Positions 1 to 11,800 of a DNA stretch of 64,000 nt are shown piece after piece. The stretch lies in contig OZ004609.1 of assembly GCA_963924565.1 (NCBI GenBank), positions 32,674,001 through 32,738,000 on the forward strand. Reading direction: 5' to 3'. A model generated the notes under the pieces. That model saw nothing but the letters and a program-made list of their open reading frames with translations. It did not search any database and was not told the DNA's origin. Each line of letters opens with the position of its first letter. Positions within the stretch are counted from its first letter, which is position 1. The DNA comes from Ascidiella aspersa. Its lineage: Eukaryota. The position numbers and the translations under genes are program-made.

Positions 1-450
1 CAATCCCCCGACGAGCGACCAACCATGATTCAGGTTAGATATGTACAAGCGGGTTACTTTGCATCGAAATTTTATAAATTAGCTTAAATTATACGTCTAA
101 AGCTAAGATGTGTATAGAGTTGGTTCAACACAAAATCAAGTGTAGATTTTAGCTGTAACCTTAAATCTAATACACCACTTAAAACAGTTAATATAATGCT
201 TGATTAATATACGTACTAAAAAAATTCAGAGCCAAGTATGTCAAGTAAGTCAACATAATCCTAAAAAAGAAGTTCGATTCAGACACATTTAGATGCTGGT
301 GTCGCTATGTTTCTAAGACTGTAGCTCCGAATTGAACTTTGATAACGTAGAATATCAATACCACTGTACTGTGTAACACATGAAGGTGCTAGTTAATGTG
401 TTTCGAATGATAATAATTGCGCTCCACCTTTTATAGATGAATAGATTGAA

Positions 451-577
451 GTCACATTAACTGATGATGAAACAAGTGCATATTGAAACGTCTTTTCAAG
501 ATAATTTAAATTTAGTTTTATGTAAATTGACTGATTTGGCTTCGCTACATTACAGATTCGTGCCTAGTGTACCTAAA
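451..577 (+). mobile_element. Degenerate family A copy (hammerhead remnant plus tail, no inverted arm)
   Basis: cattaa-CTGATGA-T-gaaac..atatt-GAAACGTC followed by the family tail gctacattacagattcgtgcctagtgtacc. The stems have decayed. Confidence 0.6.
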
Positions 578-1609
578 AGAGTATCTTTATATGATTTGTT
601 TACATTGTATTGATGGGACTTTTCTTAAAAAATCTAGTAATTCTAAAATTTGAGATTATATTGGCAAAATTTTGTATGAACTGGTATATATCCGATTAAA
701 TTGAGGAGTGCTGGATATCATTATTTCAGGTCCAGAAGGAACTTCAGCAAATGTTCGACCAGCAAAGTTTAGGGTTGGTTCTTGAGCAGATCATGATTGC
801 AGTGAAGCAGCTCAAACTTAAGCCACAAGCATCCAAGCAAGATGCTCGACACATTTGTCTCACACACTGCTAAATTTGATCAAGGTAACCGTTTCAGTTA
901 TTAGACCCCAAAGTATGTAACACACAATGTGACAAATTATTACGGAAGTACATCAAGCACATGGTGACATAGTAATACGGTATTAACTGTACAATTTAGT
1001 GACAAGTTTAATAAATAAGGTGAATATTTGCTTACCGTTGAAAATTGACTTGCACTGTTTACATTTCAAGTTGTCTCTGATTAAACGTTTTGCCAATGTA
1101 CATACTACATATGCACTTTGTATACTGGTAAAAAAATTCATCCCCTGACCAAAAATGTGCGTTTATTTGTTTGTTTAAACTTTATATGTTCAATGCCTCT
1201 CGGTATATTTGCATTAGTGTCACACTAACAGGATTAAAAAGTTTGACAGTAGACTTATACTAAAAATGGACCATTTTTTCGCTAAACTTTTTTTTTTAAG
1301 ATATTTTTGTTGGCGTAATTATATAATGTTATTGCCATAATATCCAGGACATGCCAGGGTGAAAGCACATATCACCGTCAAAGCGCCTCAGTTGCTTCAA
1401 AAATACTTTCTTTTACTTGTTGTAGCTCATTTCACAAAATGTTCAAACTCGCTTTTAAAGGATTTCATTCACCAGCCACCTCAGAAACCAACACTTTCAT
1501 CAGACCTGTGCAAAAAGTCAAAATGTCTCTAGAAGAAATTTTTAATTCTAAAGGTAACATTTGTTTGGCCTTTAATGTCTGACAGTGATTTTTTTTAAGT
1601 GGACTCCAG

Positions 1610-2145
1610 CAATAAAACCGAAATAAGAACAACATCAACGGAATAAAACACAGTTCAGGATAAGACCAAAATAGGACCAACACCTAATGGTTGTAGTACC
1701 GTTTAAATTGGATTAAATTTTAAACCCATCGGAATAAGACCTAACTGGCCAGAATCATGGCTATATAAAATTTACCTAACCCCAAACCACACCCCCAAGT
1801 ACACCACTAACTTCCCTAAATATTTCAACCCTAACCAATTTCTAACCCCACCCATAACCTACCGATAATCCAAAACAGGGCGAAAAAATCTTGTACCAAT
1901 TCAAACTAGGGAGGCCATTCAAACTAGGGTGCTCAAACCAAAATGGCTGATGCCAGACCCATGGCCCCCGATAGTCTCATACCCTCTCCCTACAGCTTCA
2001 GGCATTAGTTTGGCCGTTTAGGCCTAATTTCGATTGATTTTGGACTTATTCCGAAAGGTTTTATGTCTTATTCAGACGATTAAGTTCTTATTCTGTCATG
2101 GATATTACTGCATATTGGCTTTGTAATGTTGTTGATCTTAATCTG
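1610..2145. repeat. Degenerate foldback element with GAATAAGA / TCTTATTC subterminal repeats and a central CCCTAA-like tract
   Basis: Repeated gaataaga-like words on the left, cttattc-like words on the right, and a C-rich cctaaccc centre. Confidence 0.5.
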
Positions 2146-3107
2146 GTGCGTATCCAGAAATCCCAAAAGGGGGGTCCCGAATTTTCAACTTCAAGAATTC
2201 CACGTTTTTCCGTCTGACGTTAATGACGTCATAAAATAGTGACAGATATGACGTCATAAAACAGCGATTATAATGACGTCATTAATAATAAAAAATCATC
2301 AGAAACAGCCAATTAACGTCCAGCAAAAGCAAACTTTTAGACGCTAAATACATCGTCACACGTGGGTCGCCGACACTCCTGCCAGGCGCCAGCTGCGAAA
2401 CCGCTTAGTATGCAATGGTTAACTTCAGGAGAAAAACGAGAACAAGTCCGTGAAATATATGTGATCGATTTTGGTAAATCCATTTACGGGACTACGCTAA
2501 ATTAAAAGCACGTCTTTCGCCACTCGCAATTACTAAACGAAGATCGCTTTTTGCCGGTGTTATTTGATTAGCGCGATATCTGCAAAAACGCCACTTGAAT
2601 AGTTAATCTAGTTCAGTATTTTTAACCTTTTTAACTGAGTACACACCTGGCGAGCGAAGCGAGCGCGATTTTTTTTGGGGGAAAACGTTTTTTTGAGGGA
2701 AATTTTTAAAAATTTCTTAAGGTTTTATTACATTGCCGAAATTAAAAATAAAAGAAACGTTGAAAAATATATGTCCAATATTTTTGAATACGTTTTCCGT
2801 TTGTCCGCGACGCACTTGGCAGCCTTCCACGACGCAACGGTAGAGATGCGCTAATCTAGTTCAATAGACAGCATCAAAACGTAAAAACCGAACGTAAAAA
2901 AAGAACATTCGCGCGAAGCGCGAAAACTTTTCGCACTTACGTATAGTTACAATAGTCAAAAAGTATTTCAAATGGACTCGTGTATAGTTTGTCGAAGAGG
3001 CAGCGGGTCTTATTGTGTATCCCCATTTAAGAATTATTTAGTAATTAAAATTTATTGTAAATAAAATTATTGTAAGAGAAAATGGCAACTTTGTTTTACT
3101 AATTCAG

Positions 3108-3859
3108 ACGGAGATAAATCTGCGCTTGACCTTGTCCAGCAATATTTGACCTTGGTGCGAATAAAAAAGTATGAAGAAGCAAATCGAGTCGCGGTTGACC
3201 TTCAACGGCTCATCCAAGGTCAAGTGGAAACAACGGCGAATAAATTTCGAAAACTTGGAAATAAACTGAGAGAAAAAAAGAAATATTTTAAATCGGTTTT
3301 ATTTTTGCAAATATCTTCAATTATTTCCGCAAATGACCAGAATCCGAAGAAAGCAGTGGAGAAAATTATGCTTTGTGCTGAGGGGTTAAGGAAAACAAAT
3401 GAACAGATGATTGAAAGTGACGTCACAATGAAAGTCATTGTGCGCGATCACGTGCTTCCACTTATGCGTGACCTGCAGTTAAAGATCGAGAAAAATAAAA
3501 ATGTTGAAGAAAAGCTTCGGGTTTTAAACTTGGCTTGGTGCTCTCATTGCATAGAATTGAGCGAAGGTTTAATCGATGACCGGAAAAGTCAGGAGCGAAG
3601 TTTGAGGAAAGCGCTTTCTTTGATGGAAAACACTTTTGACCTCGAAGCTTCTAAGTATCGAGTTTACGCTCATTGTTTAAACAACCTCGGTCTTGTGTGT
3701 GAGGAAACCTTGCGAATCACTGAAGGCGTGAAATATTTCAAGCGAGCTCTGGAAGCTTACAAGAAAGCCGAGGATTATATAAGTAAAGAAGAAAAAAATG
3801 AAATTATAGAAAATACGGAAAACAATTTGAGAATATGCAAAGAAATGCTTGCAAAGTAA
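3108..3859 (+). CDS. Terminal exon of a TPR-like helical-repeat protein; start codon lies in an unidentified upstream exon
   Basis: The ORF is open from an acceptor (ttttactaattcag|ac, exon start 3108) to TAA 3857-3859. The C-terminal AHCLNNLGLVCEETLRITEGVKYFKRALEAY fits the TPR consensus. The ORF-track start is TTG, so it is not a real initiator. Confidence 0.7.
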
Positions 3860-5319
3860 ACAAATAACGTGAAGTTAAAACTTTGGCTTTTTGAACTTTT
3901 TGTTGTTTTTTCAAAAAAACTTAAAAGGTTAAAGTTTTTGTAAAAGGCTGAGTCTGTTCAATTGCAAATTAAGCAAAGTAACAATTAGTTTTAAATATCT
4001 TATTTTATGTTGAACAAAGTTGTAAAAAGTCAAATCGTTTTAATTGTTCTTGTTTGATTTAATTTTTTTGTTAAAACTATAAATTTGTAAATGAGTGAAA
4101 AGATTGTTTGATTTTGTTGCTAAAGGAATAATAGTATAAAATCAGTGTTTAGTTTAAATTCAGGCAGAAGTTTTAAAAACACAAGTAACTGAACTGAATA
4201 AAAAAAGACCAGAATATCACATTAATTTTTTTAAGAAAAAAGTTGTTGTATAATTCAAATAAAAGTTTCCAAAAAAAACAAGTTTATAAATATTTTAATT
4301 AGTTTTATCAATATTCACTTATATTATTACAAGGAAAGGGGTTGGCAACCCTATCCTAGTCGCGGGCCATAACAATTTTGATATACAAACTCTTAATCAG
4401 GCTCGTCCCAAGTTTTTATGCAAATAATCTCTAATTTATACCAAGAAGTAGCAACGCACAAAGCGCGAAAAAAATTGCGCTTGTTTGGTTTACATAGGCA
4501 ATCCTTACGCTGAATTCCGACACCTAACTAAGAACAAATAACTTTAAAGGTAACTTTATTACAAATTACTTTTCAAATCGTACCAATTTGCACCAACTTG
4601 TTCATATTGCGTTAGTAAATAGTGTGGTCAACGAATGAATGGCAAACCTGTAAATAAAGTAGCTAAAATGTAATCATAACTCGAAGTATAAAAAACACAC
4701 AGAAAACGCGAAACAATATGAAACTCGAAATGTACGGAGCGATAAGTTTTTAAAACCACTAAAAAGTGCAATCGGTGGCGGGTTGACGTCTTATGCAATG
4801 GAAATGGTAAAAGGAAATGGGCGCTGGTCAAAAGTATTACTGGAACCAAGAAAATTAACAAATTAAACATAAAAAAATTGAATGAAATATCGCGGAATAA
4901 AATTTGCCTTAGATTTTAGTCTAGGGTTGGCAATACAGCACTTAGCCCTTTGATTTATTGTTGCTATAGCCTTATTTATCAATACAAGGTATACCATGAA
5001 GACAGCGTCACAAACGGGCTTCAATATTAAAGTTGTTTAACTCAAAGTGACCACTTAATAGCGTTTTAAATTACATTAAGCCCTTTTTCTAATAAAGGGT
5101 GTAAGGTTAATACTTATGAGCTCGCTAGGTACACTAATTATTAGAAGAGTAATGGAAGGCGATTTGCTTAACCAGCCAATATCGACATCGGCATGTTATT
5201 ACTACGAGGTTACAGAAAGCAAAAAGAAAGGGTAACATACATCAAAAAGTAGGGAAGAGCCGTTCCGACGTGTTCTAACGGCAACGGCGTACACCTCGCG
5301 CCAACACCTTTGTTTACCC

Positions 5320-5842
5320 AGCCAGGTGACAACTACATTTATTTTAGGTTTTTTAAATTAGAATATAATTAAAATTAGAGCATTTCATTTTTTCCAAATT
5401 AGATTACAATTAGAATAAATAAGATCCTTTGGAGTTTTCTCCAATTTTCTCAAAAATTAGAATTAGAATTAGCGAATTTTGAAGAAACGAATTTCAACAA
5501 GAATTACATTTGATTATTCAAAATCAATTTCTTTTAAAACGAGAAGTATTCTAATAAAAATCTGAACGATAAATAGGTATGTGCTAACTTTCATGCCTTT
5601 TAGCATACCGTATGATTTTTAGCCTTGGAAAATTTCGTTTCAACCAAAGAGTTTGAATTCAAGTTCTTTGATTTGGCTAAGAGACTAAAAATGCCGTTGG
5701 ACAAAGTAGCATTTTTGGTAAAAACCTAATTACATTAAAACTAGATCACACAAGCAATTCACAAATTACAATTTGAATTAGCCGCATTTTGCTTTATTTC
5801 ATTGAATTAGAAAACTAGAATTATCTAGTTGTCCAAATCTGG
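5320..5842. mobile_element. MITE-like element rich in AATTAG/AATTAC motifs, starting ~50 nt past the ZIP stop
   Basis: The end TAGTTGTCCAAATCTG is the reverse complement of CAGATTTGGACAACTA, which begins a related element at ~52665-52870. Confidence 0.55.
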
Positions 5843-5889
5843 TTGCAGGTGCTTCAATGTCCGCCTCAGTCAGCAACGCAGCCGAGGCG

Positions 5890-7754
5890 TCAGACAAACT
5901 GCAAACCCGCGACTGCCGCAAAGCCAGTGAGCAGAATAAGCAGCTTGCAGATTTGGCCGAGCGGGATTTTTCGGCGTTTCGCGAGCGCCGACGCTCCGGA
6001 CACCACTAGGCCGGCGTGGTCGTGAGCGCCATCTCCCACTACTCCTCCTGCTCCGTCCTCCTCGGAGGAGGAGTGGGAGAACTCGGAGGGGATGACCTCG
6101 ATGAAGGTGACGTAGAGGAAGGTGCCGGTTGCGAGGCATTCGAGGATCGCGTTGGCGATGAGGGTTCCCGACACCTGCGCCAGGTTGTTGACCTGCATCT
6201 CGGCTAAGAACTTACTCCCGTGCGGCGATGGAAGCGGCGGCGGCGTTGCGGTCGACGGCGCCGTAACGTTGGGCGGTGACGTTGCGTCGCGCGTCAGCAC
6301 GAGTCCGACGACGCATCCGAGCGGCGACGCAGTACAGAAGACAAAGATGCAAGCGATCGCCAGCGCGGCCTTGGCTAAAGATTCGAAGAGGCGCAAGCCG
6401 AGACCGAAGGCGAGCACGCTCTTGTGAACCGAGATGGCCACGAAGAGCTGGATTAGCGGTGAGATGGAGAGCTGCAGTCCAAGCGCAAGTCCCTCGAACA
6501 CCGAGTGAATGGAGAGCATGGCGATGAGCATCAGCGACCTGGTGCCGTCTGACGAGCGACCTCGAGGCGCGGGCGTATGGGCGCTGGACGACGGCGCGCA
6601 ATTGGACTCGCAATCGGCGCTGCCTCGCGAAATAGCGTCGTATTCCCGCGGGCTTTCGGCGCGCGTTTTCCCGCAAATAGCGCTGACCGCGTGCTCGATG
6701 AACATGACCAGCAGGAGGCCGAGCGCCACCGCGAACTCGGTGATCGGGAAGCTGGTGACGATGTCGGCCTGGCTGAGGACGAGCAGAACCGCCTGGCGCG
6801 ATTCCGGCAGCAGCTCGAGGAGCAGAATGCCCAGGAAGAGGCCGCCGCAGAGGCAGTTGATGCCGCTCAGGATGTCGTAGCGGCAGAACGCCTTGTAGGT
6901 TTGCTGCGTTGTGGAGAGGAACAAAATGGACGTGTTTACGATATTATTGCGCGTTACCAACTCTTGGATTCAGGCTATATATATTTAGGTACATGAACGC
7001 CAGACGCCTAGTTGAAGAGTTGTAAGTATTTCGCGTAATTAAACTGTGGAGAGTCAATGACTTCAGAGCTTATATCTTGAACGCTGTTTAGACACAAAAC
7101 TCAAAGGGCATTTTAGAGATAAAACTATACAATGGAAGACGGGTTAGTGGAAAAGAACGGGATACACGGTGCTGTACAATTAATAATGTCACCATATAAG
7201 ATCACAAAATAAAACGTTTATAAACACTGTTGCTACCAGGCATATTAACAATTTAAAAACAGCTCTTCTGGTAATTGCAATTGTGAACAATTGACAATTG
7301 CAATTACCAGATGAGGTTTTTTATTATTAACAAAACGTTTAATTCCAAAACGTGTGTTATTATGATATTTTATCAATTGAAAAATCTTCGCCATCTATAT
7401 GTGGTCAGCCTGGAACACTTTGTGCATAACCGGGGTTAAATGATCCGAATGTTTAAGGCGCTTGATGGTCATCCTTAACTTGGTAAAGATCCTAACCGCT
7501 AGCAATCTCACCTTCAAGTGAGTCCACACCCGAGGGCCGCTGGCTTCAGTGCTGGGCGGCGGCAAGTCTGCTGTTTCCTGGTCGGAAAGCAGACAGTCGG
7601 TCTCCGTTAGTACGTCATGACCCGAGCACGAATGACTCGTGTGGTTGCCACTTGTTCGGGATCTCAGTATGAGGTAGGGAATCATCAGGCCGAAGCACAG
7701 GCTCAGGATCCATAGCACAAGGGCTGAGAGGATCTTTGCCAGCAGGATGTCCAT
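5890..7754 (-). CDS. ZIP (SLC39A1/2/3-like, subfamily II) zinc/metal transporter, 2 coding exons, ~418 aa
   Basis: Exon 1 is 7754-7512 (MDILLAKILSALVLWILSLCFGL...HLK|gtgag). Exon 2 is 6903-5890 (cgcag|QTYK...). Both junctions are phase 0. Family signatures: NCLCGGLFLGILLLELLPE, TM4 HSVFEGLALG, TM5 HKSVLAFGLG, ATGTFLYVTFIEVIPSE. An upstream acceptor (ttgtccag) lies at ~7811. Confidence 0.93.
7226..7325. mobile_element. Family B foldback remnant (arms only) in the ZIP intron
   Basis: actgttgctaccaggcat...aaaaacagctcttctggtaattgcaattgt / acaattgcaattaccagatgaggtttttt, homologous to 62468-62639. Confidence 0.65.
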
Positions 7755-8357
7755 TGAAGCTACACGGCTGCGGCTAAGCAGGGCAGGTTGTGTTTTTTTT
7801 ACTATGGGTGCTGGACAAGAGGAGAAATATAAAAGCGAGAAAAAAAGAAACAAAAAGCTATGCCCATACCGGCTTTCTTCTGAATAACATTCCTACTGAA
7901 AAATACAATGTTTTCAAAGTTATGTGAAACAGTTGTTACCTAAAGTGTTTTAGGTTTATTACATGATATCTACCGTTTCCAGTTGCACTTTAATGATTTG
8001 AAAATCGGTATAGTAATTGGGATGCTGAATTTTTATAAAGTTACGATTTTATCTGTTAAAGCATTGCATGTTAGCTTTTACCAATAATGGTTTGTTAGCG
8101 TATTGCCTGGTTGACCGGGAACGTTTATGAATGGTGCTACAAACGTAAAACCTCGTTGGTTTAAGCTCCTAAACTAGAGCAGTCCCATAGATTGAACAGA
8201 AATAGGCCAACTGCTAATTTTCATCCTTCAACATACATCGACTAATAATGCTTTTTTGAAAACCATTGCATTTTCACTCTTATCTATTCGTACAGAGGTC
8301 TCATAAGATTCCATACTTTAAGTTCAAAGAAATATTTCTCAAGTTTTTTTTCTCCGG

Positions 8358-8889
8358 CAGCCCAAATGCTAAGCGTCAGCCCAAATGCTAAGCGTCAGCC
8401 CAAATGCTAAGCGTCAGCCCAAATGCTAAGCAACAGCCCAAATGCTAAGCAACAGCCCAAATGCTAAGCGTCAGCCCAAATGCTAAGCGTCAGCCCAAAT
8501 GCTAAGCGTCAGCCCAAATGCTAAGCGTCAGCCCAAATGCTAAGCGTCAGCCCAAATGCTAAGCGTCAGCCCAAATGCTAAGCGTCAGCCCAAATGCTAA
8601 GCGTCAGCCCAAATGCTAAGCGTCAGCCCAAATGCTAAGCAACAGCCCAAATGCTAAGCGTCAGCCCAAATGCTAAGCAACAGCCCAAATGCTAAGCGTC
8701 AGCCCAAATGCTAAGCGTCAGCCCAAATGCTAAGCGTCAGCCCAAATGCTAAGCGTCAGCCCAAATGCTAAGCAACAGCCCAAATGCTAAGCGTCAGCCC
8801 AAATGCTAAGCGTCAGCCCAAATGCTAAGCAACAGCCCAAATGCTAAGCGTCAGCCCAAATGCTAAGCGTCAGCCCAAATGCTAAGCAA
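8358..8889. repeat. Minisatellite, 28 x 19 bp (CAGCCCAAATGCTAAGC-GT/AA)
   Basis: 532 bp, exactly 28 head-to-tail units. Two variants differ only in the last dinucleotide, with AA at units 4, 5, 15, 17, 22, 25 and 28. There are no unique spacers. Confidence 0.98.
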
Positions 8890-11800
8890 CAGCAAAGCTT
8901 TAGCGACCCCATTATCTCACTGATTTTTTTATAAGAGAACAAAGCATATAACATTAGCATAAATAAGTTGGAATGCAAATAATACGAGCCATGTCAAAGT
9001 ATTGCTTCATCAAATTTCAAAAATTTCTTGCTCGGAACCTCTTTCAATAAATCTAACTACATACAACAAATACACTTGGTGACCCAACAAAATCGAACGG
9101 TGACCACTAGGTTGAGAAACACTGTTCTAAAGAAACAAATTCACTGCGAAAACTTTCTTATACTGCTATAGTGCTATCTGCTTAATGTGCAGTCATAAAA
9201 TGCAAAGGTTTCAACTTAACAGCTTAAGCCAGTTGCGCAAACCATAATAACAATTGAAACGGCTGCGTTAGGTTTTGAACGCTGCGCTGAACAAAAAGGC
9301 TTTCCGCAACGACAAATTTTTATGACGTTTAATTGCCTTGCTGTACCATGGGTGAGTTCGTACAACCGCCTATCATGTGCATTTCTTTTGGTTGGCTGTT
9401 TGTTCTGCTTTGGATTGGACGTATAGGAGGACTTTGCGCTTTCACCGCCAAAAAATGGATTTCGCAATTAGAAACGAATTACGTAACTGGAAGAAAACCA
9501 CTGTAGTGTGAATACAGAATTTAGCAAGTGTTTTTAACTTACATTCGTATCTACTTGTTAGACAAAGTCAATTTAATTTGGGCTAACATGATTTAATTGA
9601 CAAATAAAGCAGCGCTAATGTTAACATTTTGATGTACCTTCAATAGTGAAAGCATAAACCTTCGCATCCAAATTTAATGAATTTTTGTAATTGACAAAGA
9701 CACCAGCGCGATTGTTCAAATTCTTTATTTGCCAGCAATAAAAACATAACCATGTTCATGTAAATTTAAAGCAAAATGTTTCCACGTCTATGCTCGTTTA
9801 TAGGGAAATGGAATAACTTGCAGAAAAAACAAGTGGAATTCGAACAATTTAAAACATGAAGGAATGAAAGCTACAGCACATTAAAAAAAAACGTTTTTTT
9901 TGTCGAGTTCCCCTTTTCGGTGCTCATCAAATTGAAAAAGCCTCCTAAAATTGGGAAAAGTACCTGCTAATTGGACAGCATTTTGAACTGGTTTAACGAC
10001 CATCTTTATTACAGTGGCCTAAAAGGGTCCAAAAACAGCGGCGACCTCAAAATTGGGAGCGAGACTCTCACGGCTTTTAAGACAAAATCGATATGTAAAA
10101 AGATTTTATTTAATCACGAACCAACTTCAAATTCAACCTCAAAAATGGTCTATGCGGATAAATTTAAATAATTTTTTTTAGTAATAAATTTTAACTGACA
10201 ATTACGCACTCAGATGAAATATGTTGGCGAAACTTCTATTGCTAATAATTTCATGGTCGGCATTACGCCTTTAATCTGAATAAAAGTCACATATACCTAT
10301 AGTTAAGATAGCCAAAAAAATATGAGAACTGGCCTCTTAGCTATTTCGTAAAGAAGGTGGCGGGCTGGATGATTTTAGGCCGTAGGTTGCCTTATTATGT
10401 CAATGATAAGTATAATAATAATGGTCTATTATTTTCTTAGTTTAAGTTAATCTAAAATCGGACGTAAGGACATTTGCTGAGTTGAACGTAGAATTATTTT
10501 TGACGTCACCAAGTTACGGGAGGCCATACAGTATCGGAACCTAATTAGATTATCGTTGAATGCCGTGCACAAATTTGTTTTTTTCAACTTGAACACATTT
10601 AAAGCGTTGGCGGATGACATGGTAGAAAATGGGCATGACCTGGTCAAAAAATAACATTTTTTATCCCGATATGGTGTAACTGATATTACTTTACCAGAAC
10701 ACTGATCCGTTCTGGCTTACTTTTATTACTATGTTTTGGGACAAAATACGTTTAAAATTTGTTTAAATGAAAAACTAGTTTTAACATGAATTTTGTTTTG
10801 AGCGCCTTTAATGTGAGAGTTACCCCAAACCGTTCGTAATGTATCGAAAAAATCAACAGTCTTTCAATTTTGTAAGCTTGTCAAATAAACCGATTACAAT
10901 GCTATTGGGGTTTGCATGATAGGAAAAACGTAAGGACACAACGCACTGTTTTAGGGAGGACCCGTTCGTACGATTTTCGAACCCCGCCCAGTGAAAGCGG
11001 AAAGTTTTGTTGCGAAACGCCATCTCTTGTCAAAGATCCTATTTCACGGAAACAAAGAAAGAATGACTTTGCAGTCACGAAGCGGTTCGTTAGATGCGCA
11101 ACTTGAAACAGGATGTGACTTTGTCATTTTGTCACGCAAAACTGATGAGTAACTGTCATCTGACTTTATTTGAAGTTATGTACAAATCGCTAGCTCGGAA
11201 AATTGCAAACGTCTCACAAAATCGGCACGTTTGCTTAAAAGACGCACCCCTCCTATGCGTGAACTTTAACCCAGTTTACCTATAAATCCTAACCGTTGAG
11301 CGTTTGAGGGTTTGGATATGGTTTCATGTTATTTTTGTTTGTCTACTGTTTTCGAGATACGGGCACGTTATTAGACATAGGTGTGGAAATTGTATATTTA
11401 AACAGTTTCCCCAGTAGACACTATCGCTTCAATACAGTCAGGCGGCATCATATTTCAAGTAACCTAATTCGTCTTACTAAGGATCGCATGTCTTAACGCG
11501 AGATGTATTTTGTTTGCTGGATAGGATTTAATCAATATTCCAAATTATGACGATGATGAAATTTCCAAAACAACGGGTAACTGAAAAATGCTATGATAGC
11601 GCAAAAGTTAGTCATCTAGTCAAAAAAATCTACTAATTACTAGTCATATATCTCAAAAAGAAAAAAAAATCGTTGAAAAAACTTTAATGTATCGTTAAAA
11701 AACAAAGTCGTCTAATTCGCCTACTTCCACACCTGTAATTTAAACCTTTAAAATAAATATTTCTTAAAAAAACTTTGCTAATCTACAACTCACAAGCTTT

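Noticed and set aside
5843-6996. Multiple overlapping ORFs on both strands around ZIP exon 2
   Set aside because: Shadow ORFs of a GC-rich coding exon, with no independent motifs.
8358-8889. CRISPR-like array
   Set aside because: Units are contiguous with no unique spacers, there are no cas genes, and the context is eukaryotic. It is a minisatellite.
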